Assembly (NCBI GenBank): GCA_050084515.1
Contig: CM114271.1
Location: 5,332,001 to 5,396,000, forward strand
From: Blasia pusilla
Taxonomy: Eukaryota
Length of the DNA: 64,000 nt
Direction: 5' to 3'
Part shown: positions 12,703-24,600 of the stretch, piece after piece
How the letters are laid out: each line of letters begins with the position of its first letter
Position numbering within the stretch: the stretch's first letter is position 1
Notes under the pieces: generated by a model
Told to the model about the DNA's origin: nothing
The model's database searches: none
What the model saw: only the letters and a program-made list of their open reading frames with translations
Made by a program: the position numbers and the translations under genes

Positions 12703-14130
12703 CTATGTACATCTAGGACACATCCATCGTCCCCGAGGAACCCTAGTGAGAGGTGGCGTCAGACATGCCATATGCCAACCTCTCGAATATCCATCATAGA
12801 CTAGCATCGTGGCCGCACCACGGGCAGAACCACACAACATACAACGTAAGCCTGCAAGAACTACTGCTAAGCTCAGATCTACTGTACCATCAATGTTAGG
12901 AAGGTGACATGACGCACAATTACGCACATGGTCCTTCCATACCATACTATCGCGTCCCTCCAGCAAGAGAACATCGGATGGCAAAACGTCATGCACTCTC
13001 AGGATAGTGCGCCCTGCAGTCACATCCAACGTCGTCGGTGACATCTACTACAAGAAGATATAATCTCCTTGATGAAAGCTCTGGATAGCTGGTCGATAAC
13101 CACCACCCCGAATAGTCGTATACCTCAACGTATCTTGATGTTGTGCAATCTCCAAGTTCTCGAATGCCATGGGCATCATTCTCTGAAATAATTCAGCCCT
13201 CTGAGAACATGCTCGCATCCCTACATCTGGGTCATCAAGGTCTAGCACCTCACCAGCATCTCGACGAATGGCCGTAGGTAAATCTGGCTCTCGGCCATAA
13301 AGTAGCAAGTACGGTGAAAAAGACGCTAAGGATGCATGTCTGCTGAATCTGTATCCCATCGCCAACCATGGTAACTGGAGGTCCCAATCTCCTAGGTGAC
13401 CTCTATGCAAGCCATACTTGCGTAAATCCCTCTTCACCGTCTGCACAACTCTCTCCGCTAATCCATCCGCCTCGGGATGATCTTGCGAAGTCGTGCGGTG
13501 GTCGATCAGCGCCTGATCACACAAGGCTTGGAACTCACCGCAAAACTCGGTACCCTGGTCTGTCAACACCTCAGCCGGTGCGCCATGATGACTCAGCACT
13601 TTGTCAAGGAAGTCATAAGGTATTGCCTCACTCGCTTTGTCAGGCAATGCAACCAACTCGATCCACTTCGAGAAGTGCTCGACCATCACCAACACATAAC
13701 GATTGTGACGCTCCGTCAAAGGCAAAGGTCCTGCAAAATCCAAACTCCATCTATACATAAGCCCATGATCGGTAATGGATGCAACTATGGAGTCGGAGCA
13801 TTGAACGATGCTCAGACCCGATCACACACCATGCACCTTGTAACAAACTGTTGAACGTCAGTCTACATGCCTCGCCATCAATACTAAATCTGGAGCAATC
13901 TATACGTCCGCTTCACCCCAAAGTGACCCAACTCCTCGTGGGCATGCTGCACTAGTCGTGCTCTATGCAAAGGATGCGGCACTACGCGTACGCTGCCATC
14001 CTTCGAAACCCTCAAAACATGTATTCCCTCCCAACGGAACCGTCTGGCCTGCTGTAGGATCCGATCCCACTCTCTAGCACCCACAGTGCTCGCAACGTTG
14101 CCAGTACGAAGGTACTCCAAGACTACTCCA
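12703..14130 (-). pseudogene. Gypsy-type DDE integrase with H2C2 zinc domain, GPY/F-like region and C-terminal PHD finger
   Basis: HAHEELGHFG...CMVC (H2C2); SLDFAGPLP, VLTDQGTEF and GLAERVVQTVK (rve core); CMLC..LVYDGYSRGWHMACL..WMCPRC (PHD with two Cys changed to Tyr). Several in-frame stops. Confidence 0.93.
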
Positions 14131-14289
14131 TCGTCATGAATATCTCGGCCACTTTTGGACTCCTCACTGGTCTCGGGATCCAAGGACTCTCCACTAGACC
14201 TCGCCACGAAGTCTCCACACTCTGGCTCTCCATAGCCAACATGCCTAAATAGTCTGACGCTTGCCATCTTGGCACTGACTCCTCATCAC

Positions 14290-14565
14290 TCTCTCCATGC
14301 CATCGTGCTCCAGTTGCATCTCGCTGACTTGGGCATGGATTACGACTCAACCCATCTACATCCTGGTTGAGCATCCGAGGTCTATGTACCACTTGAAAAT
14401 CAGACTTTGTTGTTGTACAACTTGAAAATGGACTCTGTTGTTGTACTCCTACAACAACAAAGTCCATCTCGCAACCTTCCATGTAAGCTTGTCGGACTCC
14501 ATCAACCACTTCATTGGTTGATGATCAGTGATGATGGTAAAGGGGTTGCCGAATAAGTAACACCT
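14290..14565 (-). pseudogene. C-terminal remnant of retroelement RNase H
   Basis: RCYLFGNPFTIITDHQPMKWLMESDKLTWKVARWTLLL and DFQVVHRPRMLNQDVDGLSR match the gypsy RNase H C-terminus. Confidence 0.85.
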
Positions 14566-14851
14566 CGCTCCACGCGGTCTACACGTGTGCATCTGCCAAT
14601 CATCGAAGCTCCTCAGTCGAGCCCCACAGCGGCACCTCTCCTCCACGGAATGATGCGGCTACCATAACACTCCTCTCCATAGAAATGTCAGGAACGGGAG
14701 TATCCTCTACTTGGACATGTCCCTCAATCAAATCACTAGGCCAAGTGATGGCACTGCTAAATGCTGCTAAGGTTGCCATCTCTCCTGGCCATTGCTCGAT
14801 CAATGCACTTGTGAATCAAACGGGTAATGAGCTAAGGCGCCCATCATTTGA

Positions 14852-15691
14852 CTACCATCTTGGTTTGTAGGACGTTGACTCCTCCCAATAATCCAGGGCA
14901 AACCCCATAGGGTATAACACTACTCCACCAACCAAGACGTCGTAGGACTCTGCATCAGTCACTATCGCCTTGGCTCGCATCACGGACTCCTCTGTAGGAT
15001 GTCTCGGGCGAATCCTCACCACGACCTCCTGTCGGGTGATATATATTGTGGTACTAGCTCCACCCAAAAATTTTGTATCCGAAATGGACAATGCTCCACA
15101 TCGGCTCTCGTCAAAACCCATCCTCAATGACGCTTTCCCCAACATCAGGGGTTGCGCTCCTGAATCCAACAAGACACGCTGCGGACTAAAAGCTCTACCT
15201 CCATGACTCACCAACAGGAAGACCTCTCCTCGGTTATCCACCAACACAACACCATGAGAAGCCATGGCACGCTCTATCGCGGGTCTAGCGGGCATCTCCG
15301 CCATCCTAGCAGCCGCAGCTTGCCATGAATCCGACGTGGACGGCCGGAGCATCCGCTCCAAGGGCAGGTCCATCACCTCCTCTGCAATCACCTCTAAATA
15401 TGATGCAAGAACTCCAACTCCACGCTCATATAGCGTAGCGGCCAGCCGAAAAGCCTGGGCGGGCGTACCCCCCAACGTCATAACATCGGAAGCAGAAAAT
15501 AAAGGAGCTCGGTATACAATGGTGGCCGCCCCCAACAATGTGCTCGACACATGCCCCTCATGAGCATCAATAATAGGAGTCATCGCACTCGCTTCTCCCA
15601 TCACCCTCCGTGCCTGCACACCAACAACACCACCAACTCTCGAGGAACTCTGATCAGGACCCATCGATGGGATCCTCATCGCCTCGGACAA
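14852..15691 (-). pseudogene. Retroviral-type aspartic protease region
   Basis: Active-site motif RVLLDSGAQPLMLGK and C-terminal YDVLVGGVVL (DxLxG). Confidence 0.85.
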
Positions 15692-15733
15692 CGTGAAAGA
15701 CTAAGGAAGCCTAGTATATTTCCTGGCTTCCCC

Positions 15734-17263
15734 TCAATGTGGATCCAACTCTACGGCTGCTCCACGCGTCACAACTGCGGCTGCCGCCATCTGGGCAACC
15801 CCGCACATCCAACCAGGATCCTCCATATCTCTGGCTGCTCCATATGATGTCGATGCCACGGATCCAGCATCGTGTAATCTCAATGCCATAACGGCAATTT
15901 GCTCCTGTAGCTGATGTATCTTAGAAGCCATCCTAGCCTCATGCTCGACATCTCCCTCGACGCGTCTAGGTGGTAGGACTCTACCTCCTCCACGGGCAGC
16001 TCCACCACGGTGTCGGGCAACTCCAGCTCCTTGTCCCCCAACGGGACCACCTGGTGCACGATCTCTAGACCCACTCGGACCGGCTACTCGCTCTGGTGCC
16101 CTCTCTGGCCCTCTGTCCGGACGTAACTCTGGATGTAGACTGAAACATCTGGCGCGTGTATGACCATACCTTTGACAATAGTCACACTGATAACCTCTTG
16201 GTGTAGCACATCTCCTCCTCCATGCTGAGGCACACGTCCATGACCTTGACGAGTGCAATCGCGTTGATGATGGGCTCCACCACATGACCAACAAGTGATA
16301 GTAGGTGGCTGCTGTTGAGCCGCATATGAAGGCGCAAGTCTCTATGGCACGGCCTCTCGGTATCCTCTTTGAGCTCGTGGTGCCACAGTCGACCTATCTC
16401 GGAGTCCACCTTGCAGGATAGGTGGTGCACACAATCACGACTGCTCTCGCCCAGAACCCATGATGGCTACGCTCTCCTCCGCAATGTTGCGCTCAATATT
16501 CTTGAGGTCCTAAAAACATCTCTCAATATAGGGGAGGTGTTCATAAGAAACATCCCCTCCCGCACCCGTGTCCGTAGGATCCGGTCCAACATCGCATACC
16601 ATGATTGGATAGCCTGAGCCTCTGTCACCCCTCAGTGACGTTGTTCAACCGACGCAAGGGAGTGTAAGCCTCACGCAAACTCTCACCCGGGCGCCTCTGG
16701 AAGTCGTGGATGCTCCGCAACTTCTTTGTCCGTACCCCTTGGTAGCTTGCCCTCAACTTAGCAAAGAACTCAACCACAGGGTTGAACCTAGGACGAACCC
16801 GACTACACGGTGCAACTTCTCCCGTGCGAGTGACCCCTCCTAAAATGTCACAAGTGGAAGAGGAAGTAGCCTCTCCTGTCTCCTCCTCCTCATCTGGGAA
16901 CCGCTTCGTCCATGACACATAATGTGGGTCATAATAGAGCCTCCACGCCTCGATCTCACATGCATATCTCTGAGAGAACTCATGGTAATCGTCCATGGGC
17001 GCTCCCTCTAAATGGTGGAACATACCATTCCATGCTATAAACGGGTTGAACTCTCTAGAGTTCCTAGCCCATTTGGAATCGCACCAACTCCTAAACTCTG
17101 CTATGAAATCGTGCAACTCAATCGTACCTACTGCACTTGAAAACCTACGCGGTCCTCTACCCCGGTCATCCATCTCGTACACCCAACTGGTAGAACCACT
17201 CACAATGTGTGGCGATGTGCTCACAAACTTCTCTACACCCTCCCCCTTGTCCGGCGATGACAC
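15734..17263 (-). pseudogene. Gag remnant with CCHC zinc knuckle
   Basis: Gag-like FQRRPGESLREAY segment; CDYCQRYGHTRARC (CX2CX4HX4C) at 16145-16186; frameshifted. Confidence 0.8.
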
Positions 17264-18948
17264 AAAAGGAGGTCGAGATGGTTCCTCACGTGGAGACCCT
17301 CGAAACCTCGCGCCACTCCGCGTAAAACCTCTAGAGCTACTCTCGGGTTCACCACCTCGCCTCTCAAAGTTCCGAACGGACGTCGTGATGACCCTCGTGC
17401 CCCTCTCACCCGATCACTCTCACCTTGCGAGTAATCCCTGAATCTCTCATCCCAAACATGCTGCACTCGATATACACTCTCCCTCTTCAAGATGTGTAAC
17501 GTGCGGCAACAAGCGGCGTGGTGCAAAAAATCGACCAAGCTATCATCTCATTGACAACCTACCCTCAACTCCAGACATCCCACATAGGTCTATGTCCCCT
17601 AAACCACATACATAAATGATGCTCTCAACATCCACACAACCCAATATCCCCAAATAAACTACCCAAATCCCACAATCCCTCACACGTGCAGGGTAAAGGA
17701 CCAAAATGGGTAACCTGAACACATGTCGATGTCGCTCCTCAGCAACTGCAAATCTCGACCCCAACTCAGTCATGAAGAGAACTCCTCCAATCAGCAAGTC
17801 ATACTCCTCCCGTACTGACGCTGCTCAAAACTCCTCGATAGACAGTGTGGTTCCAACAGAACGGTGGGGCGTTGCAGGCGGCACCGAACGGCATGGCCCT
17901 CGATAGTGGGATGCGGCACTCAGCGGCATACCCTCCTCAATCAGCAATAAACCCACACTCTGATCCACAATGACGGTGCGGATCCGGGATCGAGATGGTG
18001 CGGTGCGGCCATGACGCGACAATCGGCGGCGCATTGCGGCTACATGCGTCACGACACGGTTCTCAATCGTCGTCGAGCGGCTACCAATCACAACATAGCA
18101 GTATGAAATCACAACTCAAACACCATAACCGGAGGTCATCTTCCATCGGTGGTTGATGACAAAATTGCAATGATGATGGCGGCCAAAACAAAGTATGTGG
18201 TGACGACACAAGTCAGAGAATCAACGAACGTTGTGGAAGACCCTCCACTCCGTAACGGCAGCAATGGCAACCAAAGGGTGGACAACGGACGGTGGACCAT
18301 TGACGGTGATGGTTGACCCTTGATGGTGACGGCCGACTAGTGACAATGACGTTTGACCATCGATGGGGACTATGATGGCGACGGCCGCCGCTGGCGTGGC
18401 GGCTGGTTTAGGGTTTGAACAATTTAACCCTAAAAATCGCCTATCAATGGTAATTTTGCAAGATTGACCATGACTTTTTGCTCGCAATCCAAATTGCACA
18501 TTGTTTATTGCACAGCGTGCAAAGCTTCATGATCTACAAAATTGTTAAAAGATATTTAGAATCGAACATTCCAGTAAAAACTGACAGGGACTGTTGTAAA
18601 GCCCAATGTCTCTTTCTCCTACACAAAATTTGGCACCGCTTCCGCGCTGATTTCTCCCAACAAAAATGTAAAACATATAAAAATAAAAATCAGCAAGCTA
18701 CATGGTACTTTCAAGAGCACCAGCATGGGGCAAACCGCCCCCATAATCAATCTCTATCAAAAATTGTGCAGCACTTCCGCGCGCCACTCTTCCACACGAA
18801 AAATTGGCAAATACAAAGAACAATCAAAGCAGCCCTTGCTCCGGTGAGCACTCCCATGAGCTGCTGAATGGGGAACACGGTCCTCAACCTGAAAAAACAG
18901 CGAGTGACCAGCGAGCTCCCCCATGAAGCTCTCTCACTCTCTCATTCT

Positions 18949-18964
18949 CTCATTCTCTCTTTGT
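18949..18964 (-). other. Putative self-priming primer-binding site (complementary to the element's own predicted transcript 5' end)
   Basis: Minus-strand ACAAAGAGAGAATGAG at the end of A1 is the exact reverse complement of CTCATTCTCTCTTTGT at 19140-19125, which starts ~25 nt downstream of a TATA (19165-19168). The pair is conserved in the other two copies. Confidence 0.7.
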
Positions 18965-19476
18965 AAAGTAAGATGCAATCTCTCTCTACACCATCTCACA
19001 CCATAGCTCTCAAAGGTGCGCACTCTCTCTCATGTCAAACCAAACCCACTCTCCTAATGAGAGACTTGGGTTACACTCACAAGGCAAGGGACCATAGCTC
19101 CGCCGCCTTATGCCAAGAGGTTCGACAAAGAGAGAATGAGCTCTCAAACTCCCTCTCTTGGAGGTATACCCCCTTCCCTCTCCCAAGCCCTCTCAATGGT
19201 AACCTATGCTCACAGGTCACCTCCTTGGCTCTTGACCTACTATAGCGGGTCAAGGGCCACTTCCCAAAGTGGAAAGTCAACTATCCCCAACATGGGAGCT
19301 TACCCGAAATAGTAAGTTTCTCGATATGGCTCCAAATGAGCCGAAACGAAGGGGAAACCTGCTCTCTCAAGTTTCTCGGGGCCTCAGCAGGTCATTCTCG
19401 ATCTCTTGGGCCTGTCCTCCACTACTCATGAAGACGCTCAGCTAGATCCCACCGATTTATCCTAACAGTCGTGACA
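18964..19476 (-). repeat. Repeat A1 (513 bp), 5' LTR-like terminus containing a TATA and the predicted TSS
   Basis: Begins TGTCACGAC at 19476; matches 11875-12387, 62144-62664 and, more divergently, 60949-61463. Confidence 0.93.
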
Positions 19477-21532
19477 ATGGAGATAAATATGCATACCTTA
19501 CATCTAGATATGATGATGTCTCATCAATGGTATGCGTTGCTTTTGGTGTATCACTTTTTTTTGTTACTTTAAATGATATTGCATTAGATCCCTTTGATAC
19601 ATATTTATATAAGTATGTAACTACATAAACATTACTTGTCATCTTGAAATTAATATGAAAATAAAAAAGTGTGCACAATAATGGATTGTAAGGCACCACC
19701 CAACAATTTTCTAATGAATGTTTGGGCTTCATTATCGCTCGCCCATTATTCATTTTACAAAAATACAATAATAATTCATGAATACATCATCTTAAATGTC
19801 ATGGAACAAGTAGCCATAAGCAAAATTAGATTGATAAGTATGTGCAATATATTGGATAATCATCATTTCTCTATGTAGTGTAAATTGCAAAAGCTTTAGA
19901 ATAGCCTTTTGTACATTGTTTTGGTTCCTTATCCATAGATTATATGTATGGCTTTAATGGTCCACATCGACAATGAACCATGCAATTAGAAACTGTGGAA
20001 TAAAGCCTTGGACAAGTAGCTTGATTAAGGCCAAAACCACAATTATATTGTCCTATTTAGAAGTGGTACGTAGTTTATCTTCACTTCCTAAGATTATAAG
20101 AATATCCACATGCAATAGATCTCTATTTTAAAAAATTCTGAATACATGATGCAACTCGACCCAATATATGCTTGTTGATAATACGTTATAACAAATTTTT
20201 ATTATTCTTCCTCTAAAAAACTCTCACAACCAAATTTGGTCGGCTCGCAACATATTGACCAGATAATAAGGCTGATGTGATCTCCTCCGACTTACGATTG
20301 CATGTCATGTTTGGTTTAGATGCACCCATGATAATCACTGCATCTCTATAGTGGCATAGAGGTCAACCATGTATTCTTAAGTAAATCGATCAAACTATAG
20401 TATTTCATTATCATCTTTGGCACCCTTTCTGTATAGGAGTCAAAAACTTGCAAGGCCGTCATACTTTTCCTTTTTATCTCCTCAATAAGATCACCATCAA
20501 ATTTATCCTCATCCATGCAATCATCTTAAATTTGAGAGTCTTCTACCCTCCAATAATTAACACTTATTGGGTGTTGCATAGTTTAATAACTTTGGAACCT
20601 ATGAAAGGGTATTATAGGATGCCAACTTGCTTCACCATAAACAAACAACCGAACAAAATGTAATGGCATATATACTTCATTCGGCTAAGATAGATGCCTT
20701 ATTCCTTCTCCATGAAGTCATACAACTATCTCACGATACTCAATGTGTTTACTTCCATCACTTGGTAAAATAGCCGCTATCTCAGAAGCAACTAGTAGGT
20801 TATAACACTTTCCATCGAGACCTCTTTTACTGGCCTTTAGGATGATTCGTATATTAAGGTCAATTGCTTCATATACCAAATGCTGGAAAATCTTCACATA
20901 TAGATTGCATTAGTGAAACACATCTTCTAGATCTTTCAATATCTCTAATTTTAGTTCAGAAGACCTTGACATCACTCTTTCATGATGCATCAATTTATTT
21001 GTTGATTCATGAATATAGAGTTGTGAAAATTTGGGATGATCCCCTAAATTAAGATATAAGAGACCAATAGAACGATAAATCCCAACTTGAAGTATCCAAT
21101 GCCAACAACTTGCTCACTTACATGCACTATAATAGATTCTAATTGAAGTGTTGAAATATAAGGTCAAGTATTAGTAAGAAAATAAAGACTTCTCGAACCA
21201 ACGCCAAAGATCAACGATTTCAAGAAAGGAAGAGATGATATGAGGAGGGGCAGATTTATGCTCATGTGCATACGACACATACCATATGGCGAGTCAAAAA
21301 ACTTTGTATCTATCACTATTTCACACTTCCAATATAAAGCACAATATGGTAGGTATGTTCTTGTCATAGAACCCAATGTATGACGATCACTGGTACAATT
21401 CAAACTCTTTTTTAGCCACAACTTCCTAATATCACTTTCTTCGAAGTTTGGTCTCCTTGCAAGATTAAACAATGTATTTACTGTGATAATTCTATCAACA
21501 TTAGACATAGAATGAAGTGTAGAGCCATTTAG
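19477..21532 (-). pseudogene. Helitron RepHel remnant (N-terminal zinc-finger region and Rep motifs), interrupted by the retroelement
   Basis: HTLGSMTRTY..YCALYWKCE..GMCRMHMSINLP (N-terminal Zn region); KPNMTCNRKSEEI (motif 1, ~20290-20330); F*NRDLLHVDILIIL (decayed HUH, ~20090-20135); NCWVVPYNPLL..HINFK..YLYKYVSKG..YLDVRY (motif 3 region, 19477-19768). Same orientation as the helicase piece at 9549-9790. Confidence 0.85.
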
Positions 21533-21649
21533 CAACAGAGAGTGCCACTATTCTAAATGGCTCTACACTTCATTCTATGTCTAATGTTGATAGAATTATC
21601 ACACTAAATACATTGTTTAATCTTGCAAGGAGACCAAACTTCGAAGAAA
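21436..21649. repeat. Near-perfect inverted repeat (97-bp arms, 20-bp spacer)
   Basis: 21436-21532 is the reverse complement of 21553-21649 with one mismatch (seen as IITVNT versus IITLNT in the two ORFs). Confidence 0.95.
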
Positions 21650-24600
21650 TCATCATGGAGTTTTGTATTACAAATCATAGAAGACACACGATCATATCTT
21701 GTTATTACTTCATCCCCTCAATATTGAATTGTCAACTTTTCGCTAACAACTTCATGTAGAAATACAAAGGGCACATGGGACGAGACAGGTGACTCAACTC
21801 AACTCAACTCAACTCTTGGTGTGACTCCAGTAGTTGGTGTGGTTAATGGAGCAATGTCATTAATACCATGTTAAAAAATGTTTAATGACTCAAGTCTTGG
21901 CAATATATAAGTGGCAACTTGAGGCATTTGAACTCCAATGACATCCTGAATAAATTCATCTCCATTATTTTCTTCTACCATAAATTCATACTCTACAAAA
22001 GGCGTGAAATAAGATTGAGATAGTAAAGAAGTTAAACGCAATACATGTACGTATGTTCAAAGGCTAGGGATGGAGATATAGATGACGAAAGCATGACCTT
22101 ATGGATGGACTTGGATTGGTTGGAATCTTGTTGTTTCCGATTGTTGGAATGGTCTGAAGTACCAACGTAGACGTATGGTGACTTAAAAGTGCTTTCCTCC
22201 TTATTTTTTACTCTTGATGGTATGTCCTCCTTTTTCTCTTCAAGAAGTGCTATTTGATGAACATATATGGCCCACTTTCGTTTTTGCGCTTTGGCACAAA
22301 GAACCTTCCAAAAATCTCCTATATCTATTGGATTTGATGGATTTGGAAGTTTGCAACAACATGGGAATGTTAGAAGAAGAAAGAATCAAATTTCTAAATC
22401 GAATTGATAGGAAGAATTATCGTGAATGGAATGAACTTACGTTGGATATGTTTCAATGAATCGATCCTCTTCTAAATTTGATTGTTGAGCCAAAATTTCT
22501 GCATGACCTATTTGCCTTTCTTGTTGTGCATTTACATACAACAATTTGCAAACATCACGCAAATCCATAGGATTTAATGGAAAAATAAGCGTGCAGAAAA
22601 ATTGTCCATAAATGCCCAAGTAAAGGTTAAAGGGAAGATATGATATAAGATGTTGTAATGTAATCTAACACCACTTTCTCACATCAATAAAGCCAATTTT
22701 CAAACAATAGGGAGTTGTGCTACATGGGAGAGGTGTGCTTCAATATGCCCTCTTGTCTCCTTGTATTTGGAATTGAAAGTGGTGTATTGGTGATATCTGC
22801 AAGTGGTCATCACTCCATGTTTGTAAGTATGCATATGGGAGTCGACATCTATTTAGCAGTCAACAAAGCATAGGAAAAGTTAGACGATACACATTTTTGG
22901 ATTTTTTAATATTGATTAAAATTAATCAGTAATAAATTAATAAAAGTTTTTAAAAATATTGATTAAAGTAAAGGAGGGGGAAAGTGGAATTTTTTTAAGA
23001 AGTTAAGAGGAGTTAAAAAGAGTAAATGAAAAAGAAAATTAAAGACCTAAAAATATCAGTTTACAAAAAAGACTGATTAACAAAAAGGCACGGGAGAGTG
23101 GGAATTTTATTTTATCAAAAATATATAAATAAGGGGAGAGTGACCGACAAGCCCTAACCATCCCCGTCCCAAACTCTTTGTACGCCGTCATATATACTTG
23201 ATTGAACGACGCACTGGACTCGTCGGGCAGCCGCCCTCTCACGACTAGCTATAGGGCTCTCGCACCCCTCTGCCCTTCTCTCCCTCCTCCTCTCCTTTCC
23301 CTCACTCCCCCTCTTCCATCAAGACGCCGACTCAATCTCTCACATACCCTTCACAACGCCGTTGGCCACTCCCTCTCTATCTTCTCGAACTTCCCCTCTC
23401 TTGTCAACTCAACTAAACCCTAGACCCAGAGGCTTCTCTTCATGTGCCATCAAATCTACTTGATATGACAGCGCACAAGTCTCATTGCCCTTTCATGGCT
23501 AGGGCTCTCACATCCCTACGCCCTTCCCTCACTCCTCTCCATTCCTTTGAGTTCGAGTTGCCTTCAACTTAGTCTCCCGACCTTCTTCGCATTCCCCATC
23601 CGCACGTTCTCCATCGCCCTTGCAACTACTTGCTATGTGCTCTAACACAATGAAAGGCTTGCACACGGGCTCTAGCACGATCAACGGCTTGCACACGGGC
23701 TCTCATCCTTTTTGAAGGTGTGCAAACTCATGCGCTCGAGAGTGTGCGTCACACACCTTCATTGCTTGTGCCTTGTTTTGCTTACTCGAGAGCGTCTGCA
23801 CTTTCTCCAGGTATTTTATGTGAACTATGGGTGCAAGGAAAAGCATTTCTTGGTGTGTGAATGGGTCAATGTTGAGGGAATTTTTTACCTTGGTTGTGTA
23901 GGATTTGAACAAGGTTGAGTGGGGCTCCATTTGGTTGGAGCCCGCGAGTGTTTTGCTAAGAAGGGCTCTTATTTGTGGTTTGAGGTTGGGCCATGGTTTG
24001 AGTGGGTTTCCTACCAACCATTGTTGGTTAAGAAAGATTACAGGTGGGGTTAGATCCCGGCATGCGCTAACATTCTAGAGAGACCCATATTCTATCTAGA
24101 AAGTAGGACTTACATATGCAAGTAAGAGATGTTTGTTGCACCAATGCTCATTCATAGTATCCATCTGAGGTCGCAATTATATTGCATATGCCTTTAGAAG
24201 TCAACTGATCTCTCTCAAAGTGTATTGCTATCTATAAAACCCTATTACAATAGAATATGCATTTTCAACATTAGTAGTGGATGCTTCAATCCTTTTCGAA
24301 CCCGCTCTTTTTGTCTAGGCATTAAGTGGGTGGGCTCTACATGTGGTCCAAAGATGTACTCATGTCATTAGGCTGATCTAGTCATTGTTGCATTTTTTGT
24401 GATTGAGGTTACAATACGCTTTTTGGCGGATAGGACACCTCTAGACCCTTCCTTCTCATTGTTGGATCTTCTAAGCTCATGCTGAGGGGATCCAAACTCC
24501 TCTTGAACATCCTTTGGATTTTCTAGGACCTCAACAGGCTCTCAAAAGTATCCTCTATTTGAGTCCTTAAACTCAACTTTAAACTTTAGAAGGAGTAGAA

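Larger units (their letters stand above)
11759..19476 (-). mobile_element. Ty3/gypsy-type retroelement (gag-protease-[RT deleted]-RNase H remnant-integrase-PHD), defective, with split/permuted terminal repeats A-internal-B-A-B
   Basis: Termini read TGTCACGAC (19476) and GCACGACA (11759) on the minus strand. ATGG flanks both sides (11755-11758 and 19477-19480), a candidate 4-bp TSD. A repeats lie at 18964-19476 and 11875-12387; B repeats at 12390-12517 and 11759-11874. Coding remnants are listed separately. Confidence 0.92.

Noticed and set aside
11759-19476. Calling the element a DIRS/Ngaro tyrosine-recombinase retrotransposon or a Ginger DNA transposon
   Set aside because: No tyrosine recombinase motif was seen and the integrase is DDE with TG..CA ends, which argues against DIRS/Ngaro. 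Gag, protease and RNase H remnants argue against Ginger.
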